Source: Gammaproteobacteria bacterium (GTDB taxonomy: Bacteria; Pseudomonadota; Gammaproteobacteria; GCA-001735895). Taken from it: a stretch of 64,000 nucleotides of DNA. This document shows positions 45,808 to 55,590 of the stretch, piece by piece. The notes beneath the pieces are model-generated. The model saw nothing but the letters and a program-made list of their open reading frames with translations. It searched no databases and was not told the origin of the DNA. The stretch is from contig JABHSO010000199.1 of assembly GCA_018669845.1 (NCBI GenBank), positions 4,945-68,944 of the forward strand. The letters are read 5' to 3'. The translations under genes were made by a program, and so were the position numbers. Every line of letters starts with the position of its first letter. Positions within the stretch are counted from its first letter, which is position 1.

Positions 45808-47235
45808 TTAACCGGAGTTTTCCAGCGGTTCTGTTTCCATGAAATCTTCGATATCAACTTCTTCGTTCTCTGTGCCACAGGGATCAACCATTTGGTGCTG
45901 TTTGATGATGCGTCTCAGACGGGGTCTGGATATTCCGAGAATTTTGCAGGTTTCTCCTTTATGCCAGTTAGTGAAGTTTAATACTCTGGCAACATGAATT
46001 TTTTCCATTTCTTCAAGGCTTGTTTGAACTGGCATACCCAGGTCGCTACTTTGTTCATGTTTCTCACTGATAAATTCTGGAATCAAGTCCAGTGTGATGG
46101 TGTCAGTGGGTGACAGGGCAACAGCTTTTGTCAGTACATTTTCAAGCTCGCGCACATTGCCTGGCCAGCGATAGCTGTTGAAGGAGTTAATAACTTCCAG
46201 AGACAGTCGGCAGACAGTATTGGACATTTCCCTGTTAATTCTCCCCAGTAAAGTTTGAATCAGATCCATCAGGTCTTCTTTACGTTCCCGTAAGGGTGGA
46301 ATATTGATATTGACAACTTGCAGCCTGTAAAAAAGATCTTCTCTGAATAATCCCAGTTTTACCTTTTCCTGAAGGTCATTATTGGTTGCAGCAATAATTC
46401 GGGCATTTGAATTAATGATTTTAGTGCCGCCCACGGGAATGTATTCTTTTTCCTGCAGTACGCGTAATAATTTTGCCTGGATTGCAGGTGATAGCTCACC
46501 CACTTCATCCAGAAAGAGGGTGCCATTTTCAGCCATGGCAAACTTGCCCATGTGTTTGTTGATGGCTCCAGTAAAAGCACCTTTTTCATGTCCAAATAAA
46601 TCGGACTCCAGCAGGCTTTCGACTAATGCAGCACAGTTTACCGCTACATAAGGTCCATCGGCACGATTGCTTGATTCGTGAATTGCCTTGGCGACCAACT
46701 CTTTACCAGTACCACTTTCACCCGTGACCAGGACGTTAATCGGTTTGTTTGCGATTAAACCGATAGTTTTATAAATCTCTCGCATCGCGCTGCTGTGACC
46801 GGCCATGCGATTTTGGTTATTCTGGGTTTTGTTGCTATCTTCTTCTGGAATCGACAGGTTGGTGTTTTCTTCGTTAGACCTGATTAACGTCCGCTCTACG
46901 GCCTGATCCAGTTCGTTGATATCGACCGGTTTATGTATGTAATCATCGGCACCATTTTGCATGGCAGCGATGGTTGTTTCCATATCATGATAGGCGGTGA
47001 TCATGATAATAGGGGTGCCGGGCACAACTTCCCGGAAATCGGGCAAGCTTTCAAGTCCTGATTTATTGGGCATCTGGTTATCGAGTATGATCAGGTCGAT
47101 TTCATTTGATGCAGCGGCCAGTAACCCATCATTGACACTATGGGCGGTGATTACATGATGAGACATACTGCTATAGTGCAATTGCAATGTTCGACATATA
47201 GCGATGTCATCATCAATAATCAGTAGTGTACTCAT
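45808..47235 (-). CDS. sigma-54-dependent response regulator (NtrC family)
   Basis: REC domain, AAA+ domain with Walker A GESGTGKE and the GAFTGA sigma-54 contact loop, and a C-terminal Fis-type HTH. Confidence 0.9.
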   Translation of the reverse strand: MSTLLIIDDDIAICRTLQLHYSSMSHHVITAHSVNDGLLAAASNEIDLIILDNQMPNKSGLESLPDFREVVPGTPIIMITAYHDMETTIAAMQNGADDYIHKPVDINELDQAVERTLIRSNEENTNLSIPEEDSNKTQNNQNRMAGHSSAMREIYKTIGLIANKPINVLVTGESGTGKELVAKAIHESSNRADGPYVAVNCAALVESLLESDLFGHEKGAFTGAINKHMGKFAMAENGTLFLDEVGELSPAIQAKLLRVLQEKEYIPVGGTKIINSNARIIAATNNDLQEKVKLGLFREDLFYRLQVVNINIPPLRERKEDLMDLIQTLLGRINREMSNTVCRLSLEVINSFNSYRWPGNVRELENVLTKAVALSPTDTITLDLIPEFISEKHEQSSDLGMPVQTSLEEMEKIHVARVLNFTNWHKGETCKILGISRPRLRRIIKQHQMVDPCGTENEEVDIEDFMETEPLENSG

Positions 47236-47290
47236 AACCTAATAAATCTCTGGAATGAAAAAACATAATACTCCTGGCGTAATGAATTAC

Positions 47291-50233
47291 TCATTGCGCT
47301 GGATCAATATTTAATTTAACTATAGCCGTAGTGCCTTCATTTTCTCCGGCCTGTAACTGCATACTGCCTTGCTGTAATTCTATAAATCGTTTTGCAATAG
47401 CGAGTCCAAGCCCAGTACCTTTGGCTCGACTGGTATAAAAAGGCTCAAACAATTCATCAACCTTATCATTATCGATTCCACAACCATTATCCTGAATGGT
47501 TATTTTTATATAGGAATTTGATTCAGTGAGGTCTAATTGAACGGTAATATTTATAACAGGTGTTACATCATGCAGTGTTTCTACTGACTGCATGGCGTTT
47601 GTTAACAGGTTAGATATGATCTGACGCAGTTTTCTTGAGTCAGCATTGATAATTGGCAAACCTTTTTCGTACCAGGTATTAATTTTAGCGTTAAATGAAT
47701 CAATGTCTTTCTGAACAAGTCCTATGCTGTGTTCAACCACTTTCTTAATCTCTACCCATTCGAGCTTAACGGCATCCGGGCGGGAATAACTCATTAAATC
47801 TTCCAGTATTTCTTCCATATAAAGTACTTGTTCGAGTGCTATCTGATTTATTTCAACAGCGTCATCATGGCTGATTTTGTTAGATTGTTTTTGAAAAATC
47901 TGTAAGCCCATTTTGATGGATGAAAGTGGGTTACGTAAATCATGGGCAATCATATTAGCCATTTTGCCAACGGTATTGAGAGCCTGGTTACGGCTTATTT
48001 CGTCATTACGTTGTAGCAGTTCCGTTTCCAGTTCTATGCGTGCGGTTAAATCAATAATGGCTGAGATATTTAATTTTCCTTCAAGCGTAGGGGCAGAGCT
48101 GAAACCTACTTCAACGGGAAACATTTCTCCTGACTTTTTATAAGCCAGGAAATCCATGCTATTGGTTGAATTTATAGCTGAATTGTCCAGTGTGTTTTGT
48201 TTTTGTGCTATCAACTGTTTGGATTCTGTATCATCAGGAATGATGATGTTGATTGCCTGACCTACCAGCTCTTCTTCTTTATAGCCATACAACTGTTGCA
48301 GGGTATCATTAGCGAGTAAAATTGCTCCGCTAGAGTCAGTCATGACCATCGCAACAGGTGCTGAATTGAAACAATGTTTAAAACGTTCTTCCAGCATTTT
48401 TTGTTCAGTAATATCTTCTTTGACGGCCAGAAAATGAGTAATTTCACCTTCCGGGTTTCGAATGCCAGAAATAGATGCTGATTCCCAGTAAAGCTCGCCA
48501 TTCTTTTTCCGGTTATGAAAAATTCCTCGCCAGGTTTTACCCTTTCTTACCGTGTTCCATAATCTAGAATAATCTTCTGGGCTTGTTTCACCCGATTTAA
48601 GTACACGGGGATTAAGTCCTTTAATATCATCGAGTTTGTAACCGGTTAAATGTTCAAATTTTGGGTTTATATATTCAATTTTGCCATGTTTATCCGTTAA
48701 CATGACAGAAGCAGGGCTTTGTTCTACTGCTTCAGAAAGGTGGCGAATTTTTATTTCGTTTTCACGATACTGGGTAATATCTTCACCCATAAATATCAGC
48801 CCAATTAAATTACCTTCGGTATCTGTCATCGAAGTGTCATGCCAGCGAATCAGATATTCTCGACCAACTTTATCCTGTAGCCAGCTTTCATGAGTGGATG
48901 TGCTTTTATTATCATCTTTAGACTGCTGGAATATTTTGGCGCAGGTATTTTTATAACGGTTAACAACTAGAGTTTCTATCCAGTTTTTGCCGATTAACTG
49001 ATTTCTTTTCCAGCCTAGTAAATTAAGTAGAGAATCGTTACAGAATGAAATGTTTCCCTGCAGATCAACTGCTAAAACGTTTAACTCAATAGATTCCAGA
49101 ACTTTTCTAAAGTGCTGCTCAAACTCTACCTGTATTTCTGCTATTTGATGATTCACTCTTAAGCGAGCAATGATATGTGTACCTATTAGAAACAATGTGA
49201 AAATAACCAGGTAAAAAAACATATTGTTTCGTACAAATATTTTAGGCAGGCTACTCAATTCGCTCGGTGAAATATGTGCGATCAGGTTCCATGGATGATT
49301 TAGGTATTCGAGTCTGGTCTGGCTCTGGTCATATTCTTTGCCCAAACCGGTAATCTCCAGTCCGGGGTATACTGTTGAATAGCTGAATAAGCCATTAGGT
49401 GTTTCAAACTGACCGGACTGATTGCTGGATACCTGTTTCCATTCTTTCTCAAAATCTGTTGCAAAACTTTGTTCCTGGCCAAGCATGAAACCCCATTCAA
49501 GATCACGATTATGGTGACTCAACCAGTAACCGTCATGATTCAGTAACATGACATTTTCTGAGATATTTGAGGTTGCCGTGCGAAAATTATTAAGCAAACG
49601 ATTACCCAGATAATTGAGGATTAGAACACCGACTTTGGACCCTTTGGAGTTGAAAACAGGCGTACCAAATCGAATGACAGGTTTTAGTGGAATTTGGATT
49701 TTCCCGTGTTCTACATTCAGGTCAAAAGGAGAAATATATATTTCATTACGTTTTAACTGGAAGCTTTCCTTAAAGTAATATCTATTTATCTTGTTTTGTA
49801 GACGGTCTTTTTCGACAATGATGGATTGCCCATTTTGATTGTTTATTCGAATTATTTCCTGACCATTGATATCGATGAATCGAATATGGTCATACACAAT
49901 TTTTTTATCTGAAAATAATTGAAAATCATTGGCTAAAATTGTTAGGTTAGTATCATTTAGCTGATCAAAATAACCGTGTAATTCGGCCTGGCGAGCCAGA
50001 AAATTAACATCAGACTGGATATTTGAAAGCTCAGTTACAATGCTGGTTTTACCGAGTTCCAAATTTAATAACTGTTGGCTATTGCGTTGGTTACTGGTGG
50101 TAGATATATAAATACTGTAGTGAATGGAAATAATAGTCAGAAGTATGATTGTGCAGATCAACGCATACCACAGGCTTTGCTGTAGTATTCTCTGGTTTTT
50201 GCTTAAATGGTGATCAGGGCTATGGCTTATCAT
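47291..50233 (-). CDS. sensor histidine kinase: periplasmic Cache-like domain, three PAS domains, HisKA-HATPase
   Basis: Two TM segments flank a periplasmic region of about 300 aa. Repeated PAS blocks. H-box MIAHDLRNPLSSI. G-boxes DNGCGI and GTGLGLAI. Confidence 0.85.
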   Translation of the reverse strand: MISHSPDHHLSKNQRILQQSLWYALICTIILLTIISIHYSIYISTTSNQRNSQQLLNLELGKTSIVTELSNIQSDVNFLARQAELHGYFDQLNDTNLTILANDFQLFSDKKIVYDHIRFIDINGQEIIRINNQNGQSIIVEKDRLQNKINRYYFKESFQLKRNEIYISPFDLNVEHGKIQIPLKPVIRFGTPVFNSKGSKVGVLILNYLGNRLLNNFRTATSNISENVMLLNHDGYWLSHHNRDLEWGFMLGQEQSFATDFEKEWKQVSSNQSGQFETPNGLFSYSTVYPGLEITGLGKEYDQSQTRLEYLNHPWNLIAHISPSELSSLPKIFVRNNMFFYLVIFTLFLIGTHIIARLRVNHQIAEIQVEFEQHFRKVLESIELNVLAVDLQGNISFCNDSLLNLLGWKRNQLIGKNWIETLVVNRYKNTCAKIFQQSKDDNKSTSTHESWLQDKVGREYLIRWHDTSMTDTEGNLIGLIFMGEDITQYRENEIKIRHLSEAVEQSPASVMLTDKHGKIEYINPKFEHLTGYKLDDIKGLNPRVLKSGETSPEDYSRLWNTVRKGKTWRGIFHNRKKNGELYWESASISGIRNPEGEITHFLAVKEDITEQKMLEERFKHCFNSAPVAMVMTDSSGAILLANDTLQQLYGYKEEELVGQAINIIIPDDTESKQLIAQKQNTLDNSAINSTNSMDFLAYKKSGEMFPVEVGFSSAPTLEGKLNISAIIDLTARIELETELLQRNDEISRNQALNTVGKMANMIAHDLRNPLSSIKMGLQIFQKQSNKISHDDAVEINQIALEQVLYMEEILEDLMSYSRPDAVKLEWVEIKKVVEHSIGLVQKDIDSFNAKINTWYEKGLPIINADSRKLRQIISNLLTNAMQSVETLHDVTPVINITVQLDLTESNSYIKITIQDNGCGIDNDKVDELFEPFYTSRAKGTGLGLAIAKRFIELQQGSMQLQAGENEGTTAIVKLNIDPAQ

Positions 50234-50245
50234 AAAATGAATTTT

Positions 50246-50590
50246 TTAATTACATTGATTAAGCATCAGGTAGTTTAATCGACGAAGATAATCCGGCTTG
50301 CTTTCATCCTGTTTCATGGGGTGCAGGAATAGTAATTTGGCTGCAATCATGGTTTGTCTGCGGTGTTCATTCTGAATGCTGGCTTCATCATCCAGTAATT
50401 TTGATAGTTGACGTAATGCCTGCTGCGGGTCTTTGCAAAAACGGGGCAGAGTTACATTACTGGCATACCACTGGGCCATCAGTGATACAGACAGTAGTGC
50501 AATTAAAACAGGGATAATAACTTTAAGGGGATTGAAAGGCGGTTTGATTTGCTCTTCAATCTGATCTTGTTGCTGAGCCTGTTGATTCAT
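50246..50590 (-). CDS. small single-pass membrane protein, unknown function
   Basis: ATG at 50588-50590 forms an ATGA overlap with the upstream stop. Translation MNQQAQQQDQ..., one TM helix (VIIPVLIALLSVSLMAQW). The longer ORF-track start lies inside the upstream gene. Confidence 0.5.
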   Translation of the reverse strand: MNQQAQQQDQIEEQIKPPFNPLKVIIPVLIALLSVSLMAQWYASNVTLPRFCKDPQQALRQLSKLLDDEASIQNEHRRQTMIAAKLLFLHPMKQDESKPDYLRRLNYLMLNQCN

Positions 50591-52005
50591 GACATGACTC
50601 GCTGAGCATGTACAGAAACTGCACTTTCTGTTTGATGTGTTTGTGCAGAGAGATTTGAGCAAACCTTATCTGCAACCGATTTAGACTGAATAATTCTATC
50701 TCGAATTGAAATTCCATTCAGAAAATTGGATACAAAATACAGCCCATTTGATTCACTGGCTTGTGATTCAATAGCTTTTGATAACTGGTAGTATTTACCA
50801 TGATATAGAGGTAAACCTTGATGATGACGGTTTATTCTGACCATTTCAGGTGACTGTTTAATACCGGTGAGTTTTTGTAAAGTGGCAAGTGTCTGGTCAA
50901 TTAATACATCATCAGAACTTTTAAGGGCATTTATCTGACAGCCACCGCCGACAAAATTGCTGGTGAGAATTTTATTTTCAGGTGCACGGTGATTGACCAG
51001 ATTACTCATCCAGAGACTGCCTCGTATAGCCATTTTTTCCCGGCTGGGAACCAGAAAGCCATTCCCATCCAGTGAGTTATTCAACCCTGTTTTATCAAAG
51101 CCCATGTGAATCTGGGCGATTGGGGCATATTCGATTTGATCTAGAAGTTCGGCAAGCTCTGTTTTAACGGGTTTAAGCAGTGATGATGATACGTTAGCCG
51201 GAGTAGAAAATATGACCTGTTTAGTCAAATACTGGTACTCGGTATTATTCACCTTGCTGGTTATTCTCCAGCCTGATTTTGCGGGTTCTATCGCTAAAAC
51301 CTGTTGCCCGGTATGAACATCGGTTAAAGGATTTTGGGAAAGCATATTGGTGAGTGTTTTCATGCCACCGTTAAATGAAAATGCTTCCTGAGGTAAACCT
51401 TTTTTGCCTGGTATGAATTTTTTAGTGATGATGCCAGCGGTAAAGCTACCAAAGTTTTTTTCCAGGGCTGTAAGCCGTGGCAAAGTACTACGGGCACAGG
51501 CTTTTTCTGGATCACAGGCGAGAACTGCTGAAACATAGGGATCTATAGCAAGATCCAGAATTTCCTGACCTAGTCTACGTCTGATAAAGTCAGCTACTGT
51601 TTCGGAATCTGAGTGGGAGCGAGACCTGAAAGGTTCGGACAGTAGTTTCAAACGGGTTTTTAATGAGAATAAATCTGAAAATAAAATGCCTCTGATGTTT
51701 TCTGGAATTTGTTGAAGACGGCTATTTTTTAATACATAACGTTTGGAAATTTTGTTCCTGTTGATTTTGTAATCCAGCAACCCTGAATGAGTCATAAACT
51801 TGCTGACCAGAGAATTAAAGTTGAGCACCATAGCTGCTGCATGGTCGGTCACATAACCATCCTGATTCGTCGTATCGATCAAACCACCGGTTTTGTAAGA
51901 CTGTTCCAGAATCGTTGAGCGAATGCCTTTTTGAGCTAACCACCAGGCTGATGATAATCCGGATATTCCACCACCAATAATCAGAACATCGGTATGCCTT
52001 ATCAT
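50587..52005 (-). CDS. FAD-dependent protoporphyrinogen/coproporphyrinogen oxidase-like enzyme (HemY/CgoX family)
   Basis: DVLIIGGGISGLSSAWWL...LEQSYKTGGLI FAD fold. ETVADFIRRRLGQEILDLAIDPYVSAV is collinear with HemY-type oxidases. Confidence 0.7.
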   Translation of the reverse strand: MIRHTDVLIIGGGISGLSSAWWLAQKGIRSTILEQSYKTGGLIDTTNQDGYVTDHAAAMVLNFNSLVSKFMTHSGLLDYKINRNKISKRYVLKNSRLQQIPENIRGILFSDLFSLKTRLKLLSEPFRSRSHSDSETVADFIRRRLGQEILDLAIDPYVSAVLACDPEKACARSTLPRLTALEKNFGSFTAGIITKKFIPGKKGLPQEAFSFNGGMKTLTNMLSQNPLTDVHTGQQVLAIEPAKSGWRITSKVNNTEYQYLTKQVIFSTPANVSSSLLKPVKTELAELLDQIEYAPIAQIHMGFDKTGLNNSLDGNGFLVPSREKMAIRGSLWMSNLVNHRAPENKILTSNFVGGGCQINALKSSDDVLIDQTLATLQKLTGIKQSPEMVRINRHHQGLPLYHGKYYQLSKAIESQASESNGLYFVSNFLNGISIRDRIIQSKSVADKVCSNLSAQTHQTESAVSVHAQRVMS

Positions 52006-53300
52006 GGATTTTCACCTGATTCTGAATCTGAATTGGTGACCGTTTGGGGGCGTTTCCAGGGTAGATTATTACCAAAACGTTTAGCTGAAAGTTGCTGCAT
52101 ATGAGCAATGGTGATTAATTCTTCACCCAGATCCAGAACATAAGTTTCTGTTCTCTTTTTAACCATGTTACGAATGAAGCCGGGAATACGGTTAAGTTTT
52201 TTGCTGGCATCATCTGACCAGATTAAATTTGCAGTTTCAAAATCAGTAACAGGTTCGATAATGTCACCATGGTGAGGAATATAACCACAGGATGTATCTT
52301 CATCCATCAGTTGTTTGCCTGCTGCGAGTGGCCTGGCGCGACAACCTCCACACAGTTTTTGAAACTCACACTCTCCGCATTTTCCGGTTAACTGCGGGTT
52401 TCTTAGCGAGAGGAAATCTTCAGCGGTATTCCAGATGGTTTGAAAATCCTGTTGTTTGATATTGCCGACAGTTTTTTCGATATACGGGCAGGCAGTTACA
52501 TCACCTTCGGGTGTTACACGACAATAATGAGTGCCAGCGATACAGCCATCGCCTTCCTGCCCACTGATTCGATTAAGAGCAGATTCGGGAGCCATTTGCC
52601 AGGCCACTCTTTTGAAATAGGGCGCACAACGAGGACGAATTATCAGGTTTTCATATTTGTTCTGACATTCGATGATTTTTTTGATGCCTGCTTCATAATT
52701 GACAGTAGAAATATTACCGACCGATTCGGCACGTCCTGTACAGATAATGAAAAAGAAATTAACCACTCTGGCACCGGACATTTCGGCGAAGTTAATAATA
52801 TCTTCAATTTCGTGGTGGTTATCATCAGTAATGGAAAAATGTATTTGAAAATCCAGCTGGTGTTTGCGGCAGTGTTCAATGCCTGACATGGTTTTCAACC
52901 AGCTTCCAGTTTGCCCTCTGAAAGCATCATGACGAGCAGGATCAAGTGAGTCGACACTGATACCAATGCCCATAGCACCTGCATTTTTAAGAGAGATAAC
53001 ACGACGTTCGGTAAGCAAAGCACCATTACTGCCGATGACAACCATTAGTCCGAGTGATTTACCGTGGCTACAAAGCTGTTCCAGATCTGTTCTAATCAAA
53101 GGCTCACCACCGGTTAGAACAATCATGGTGCCTTCATGGTGTTGGGCTATTTGATCGAGCAGATCTTTTACATCCTGAGTTGATAATTCATTTGCAGAAG
53201 GTGTGTTTAGTTCATCAGCATCCAGATAACAATGCTCGCAGGAAAGGTTACACCGTCTGGTCAGGTTGATTGCAATAATCTGGAGTTGATTAGTGTCCAT
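52002..53300 (-). CDS. NirJ/AhbC/AhbD-type radical SAM (SPASM) enzyme with a C-terminal PCP_red-like module
   Basis: CNLSCEHCY radical SAM cluster, FFFIICTGR, RCAPYFKR, GCIAGTHYCRVTPEGDVTACP and CGECEFQKLCGGCRAR (SPASM). Residues ~361-405, WSDDASKKLNRIPGFIRNMVKKRTETYV, match the BchB C-terminal domain motif. Confidence 0.8.
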   Translation of the reverse strand: MDTNQLQIIAINLTRRCNLSCEHCYLDADELNTPSANELSTQDVKDLLDQIAQHHEGTMIVLTGGEPLIRTDLEQLCSHGKSLGLMVVIGSNGALLTERRVISLKNAGAMGIGISVDSLDPARHDAFRGQTGSWLKTMSGIEHCRKHQLDFQIHFSITDDNHHEIEDIINFAEMSGARVVNFFFIICTGRAESVGNISTVNYEAGIKKIIECQNKYENLIIRPRCAPYFKRVAWQMAPESALNRISGQEGDGCIAGTHYCRVTPEGDVTACPYIEKTVGNIKQQDFQTIWNTAEDFLSLRNPQLTGKCGECEFQKLCGGCRARPLAAGKQLMDEDTSCGYIPHHGDIIEPVTDFETANLIWSDDASKKLNRIPGFIRNMVKKRTETYVLDLGEELITIAHMQQLSAKRFGNNLPWKRPQTVTNSDSESGENP

Positions 53301-53317
53301 CGTCTAAAAGATTTTCT

Positions 53318-53405
53318 CACCGCAAAGGACGCTAAGGTACGCAGAGGAAACCAACATTAAATTGTTTTGTTTTTCCTTTGCGAACCTTAGCGTCCTCTGC
53401 GGTAA
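53318..53405. repeat. REP-like family C inverted repeat (CGCAGAGGA-type sub-repeats)
   Basis: tcaccgcaaaggacgctaaggtacgcagaggaa and its inverted partner ttcctttgcgaaccttagcgtcctctgcggtaa: about 31-bp arms with 3 mismatches. Lies between the Usp/PCP_red gene and the radical SAM gene. Confidence 0.85.
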
Positions 53406-53421
53406 AAATGGTTTTTTACAG

Positions 53422-55548
53422 TTAAGCATTATTCCTCGGATCATCTGGATCCAGGTGAAATTGCTTGCTTTGGCTCCATTTGCCTTTAATGGCTTCGACT
53501 ATTTCCAGGGTAATTTCAGTTTTGTTGTTTTGGTTCGCCCAGGTTTCTATCTCATGCACTAATATGCCTCTCACCATGTCCGGGGCATTGGCAATGCTGT
53601 CTCTGGCATCTTGTTGCCAGTCGAGAGTTTCAACGACTTTAGCGGAGCCTTTCTGGAAAGTTTCCAGAGTAGACTTAATGAACTCTTTGTCTATTGACGG
53701 TAAGCCCATTTTACTGGCGATTGTTTCCATTGCATTAACGGTCATGTCTCGGCAGTAACCTTCAGGAACATTGTTTAATAATTTTTTACTGCCTTGTAGC
53801 CATTCTACTGTTGAAGCTGTTTCTTCCTGTTCCAGAGTCATTCCTGCAAACGGGCATTTACTGGCTTTTTTCGGAGCTGGCTTTTCCCCGCTTTTTACCT
53901 GTTGTTCCATGGCCAGACGAGATATTTCCAGACCCTTTTCGGCTACTTCGAGAGATATGCTGGTGATGTTGTTGTCAGTGGCATAACTTTCAATATTTCT
54001 TTTTGCCGCATCTCGCATAAATCCTTCGGGTGCACGCATCAGTCTGGCTATGGCAGCTGTTTCCCAACGTAAGTGTTCATTGTTTTGCTGTTGAACAAAG
54101 GTTTTAATATGTTGTGTGTCGACCTGAAAGGTTTTATCGGCACGGGCTTTTTTCTCTGCCCGACCTTTAATATTCTCTCTTAATGATGGGTCAGTTATTG
54201 ATTGTAATAACTCTTCTGCTTCACCTGTCCAGGTCATGGGTTTCGTAGTGACAGAAGTTTTAAGCTCACCACGGTCAGCAGCTTCGACGATTTCCTGTAT
54301 GGCATTTTCTGCATGACCTGGCATCAGCTCGGCTGTGGCGGCTTCTACAATACTTTCGGTGATGACGGTATGACCTTTTTCCTGGGCATAGCGTAATATC
54401 GCCATTTTGGCCATAGGGCGGACAAAAACGGGGACTTTTAACATACGTTTCTCTGCTTCAACTGACCAGGACGTGGTTGCCGCAGCGATTCTTTCAATAC
54501 GGGGTTGATGCTCCTGCATGCCGAGCAAAATGGAGCAATTGATATTGCGCAATAAATTTTCGGCATTGCCGCCTATATCCAGTTCCGGATCGGCGTGTAT
54601 CCCCAGTTTTCCAATAATCAGTAATGATGCATTGACCTCGGCTACATATTTTTCAATAGCATCGTAGGCTTTACCATCGAGTAATTTAGTGTCAATGCTA
54701 ATGCCATAATCTTCAGCAATGGATTCAGCAACATCAAGATGTCCCTGATAAATTTTAGCCAGACCTGAATCGATAATGTCTTCGTGCAGTTTTTCCTGTT
54801 CCTTGAATTTGAAAACCTTTCCGGCTTCTTCTGATAGTACGTCGGCAATTTTATTAAAGGCGACATAGTGATAATAAGGATCGAAGGTTGAAATAACCTT
54901 GAGTTCTACGTTCCATTGTTGTGATAGTGAAAATGCGCTGAGCAGGGCACCATAGGATTTTCTGGAGCCATCGATTGCAACGACGATGGGACCTTTACTG
55001 ATTAATTTTTGTGGCTGCTTAATGACCAGTGTATCAATATTTGTTCTGCGCACTGTCCTGTCACAAACGGTACCTATCCGGCTTCCTTCTATAGCACCGA
55101 CACCAATAGAACCTAAAATCAGCAGATCATAATCACCTTTGTTGGCTTCATTCACTAAAGCGCGGTAGTTTTTTCCTTCGAGAGATGAACGGTAAAATTC
55201 TATGCTCTCCAGGTGACACTGTTTATCAATTTGATCCAGATAAGATTCGGTGATGATCGACAAGCCCCGGGTGATCAAGTCATCATGAACTTCGCGTTGG
55301 TGTTCCAGTTCCTGTTCAACTCTATATTGTTCGGGTAAACCACCTTCCATTTGACGAAAACGTATATCATGCATTTTGGCTGCGTAGGCATGAGTTCCCG
55401 TTATTTTACTGCCCCAGGCTTTTGCCAGCTGGACTGATTCCACTATGGCCTGGTTAGAATGATCGGATGAATCTACAGCTACCAGAATAGACTGGTATCG
55501 GGTTAATGGGTCGAGGGATTCATCTTGTTGAGGTGCTGTAGCCGTCAT
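53422..55548 (-). CDS. two universal-stress-protein (Usp) domains followed by five PCP_red-like (BchB C-terminal) modules
   Basis: Usp-like blocks at ILVAVDSSDHS...LLILGS and IVVAIDGSRKS...LLIIGK. Five repeats begin at W361, W440, W495, W583 and W644 with the pattern W-x2-(E/D)-A-x3-L-x3-P-x3-R. Confidence 0.75.
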   Translation of the reverse strand: MTATAPQQDESLDPLTRYQSILVAVDSSDHSNQAIVESVQLAKAWGSKITGTHAYAAKMHDIRFRQMEGGLPEQYRVEQELEHQREVHDDLITRGLSIITESYLDQIDKQCHLESIEFYRSSLEGKNYRALVNEANKGDYDLLILGSIGVGAIEGSRIGTVCDRTVRRTNIDTLVIKQPQKLISKGPIVVAIDGSRKSYGALLSAFSLSQQWNVELKVISTFDPYYHYVAFNKIADVLSEEAGKVFKFKEQEKLHEDIIDSGLAKIYQGHLDVAESIAEDYGISIDTKLLDGKAYDAIEKYVAEVNASLLIIGKLGIHADPELDIGGNAENLLRNINCSILLGMQEHQPRIERIAAATTSWSVEAEKRMLKVPVFVRPMAKMAILRYAQEKGHTVITESIVEAATAELMPGHAENAIQEIVEAADRGELKTSVTTKPMTWTGEAEELLQSITDPSLRENIKGRAEKKARADKTFQVDTQHIKTFVQQQNNEHLRWETAAIARLMRAPEGFMRDAAKRNIESYATDNNITSISLEVAEKGLEISRLAMEQQVKSGEKPAPKKASKCPFAGMTLEQEETASTVEWLQGSKKLLNNVPEGYCRDMTVNAMETIASKMGLPSIDKEFIKSTLETFQKGSAKVVETLDWQQDARDSIANAPDMVRGILVHEIETWANQNNKTEITLEIVEAIKGKWSQSKQFHLDPDDPRNNA

Positions 55549-55590
55549 AGAATTGCTTATCCAGTTCAGGGGATTGATTAAACCTGGCTA

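Noticed and set aside
53362-53562. 66-aa plus-strand ORF starting in the radical SAM / Usp intergenic region
   Set aside because: Its N-terminus (FSFANLSVLCG) is simply the translation of the family C REP arm. The rest is antisense to the 3' end of the 708-aa gene.
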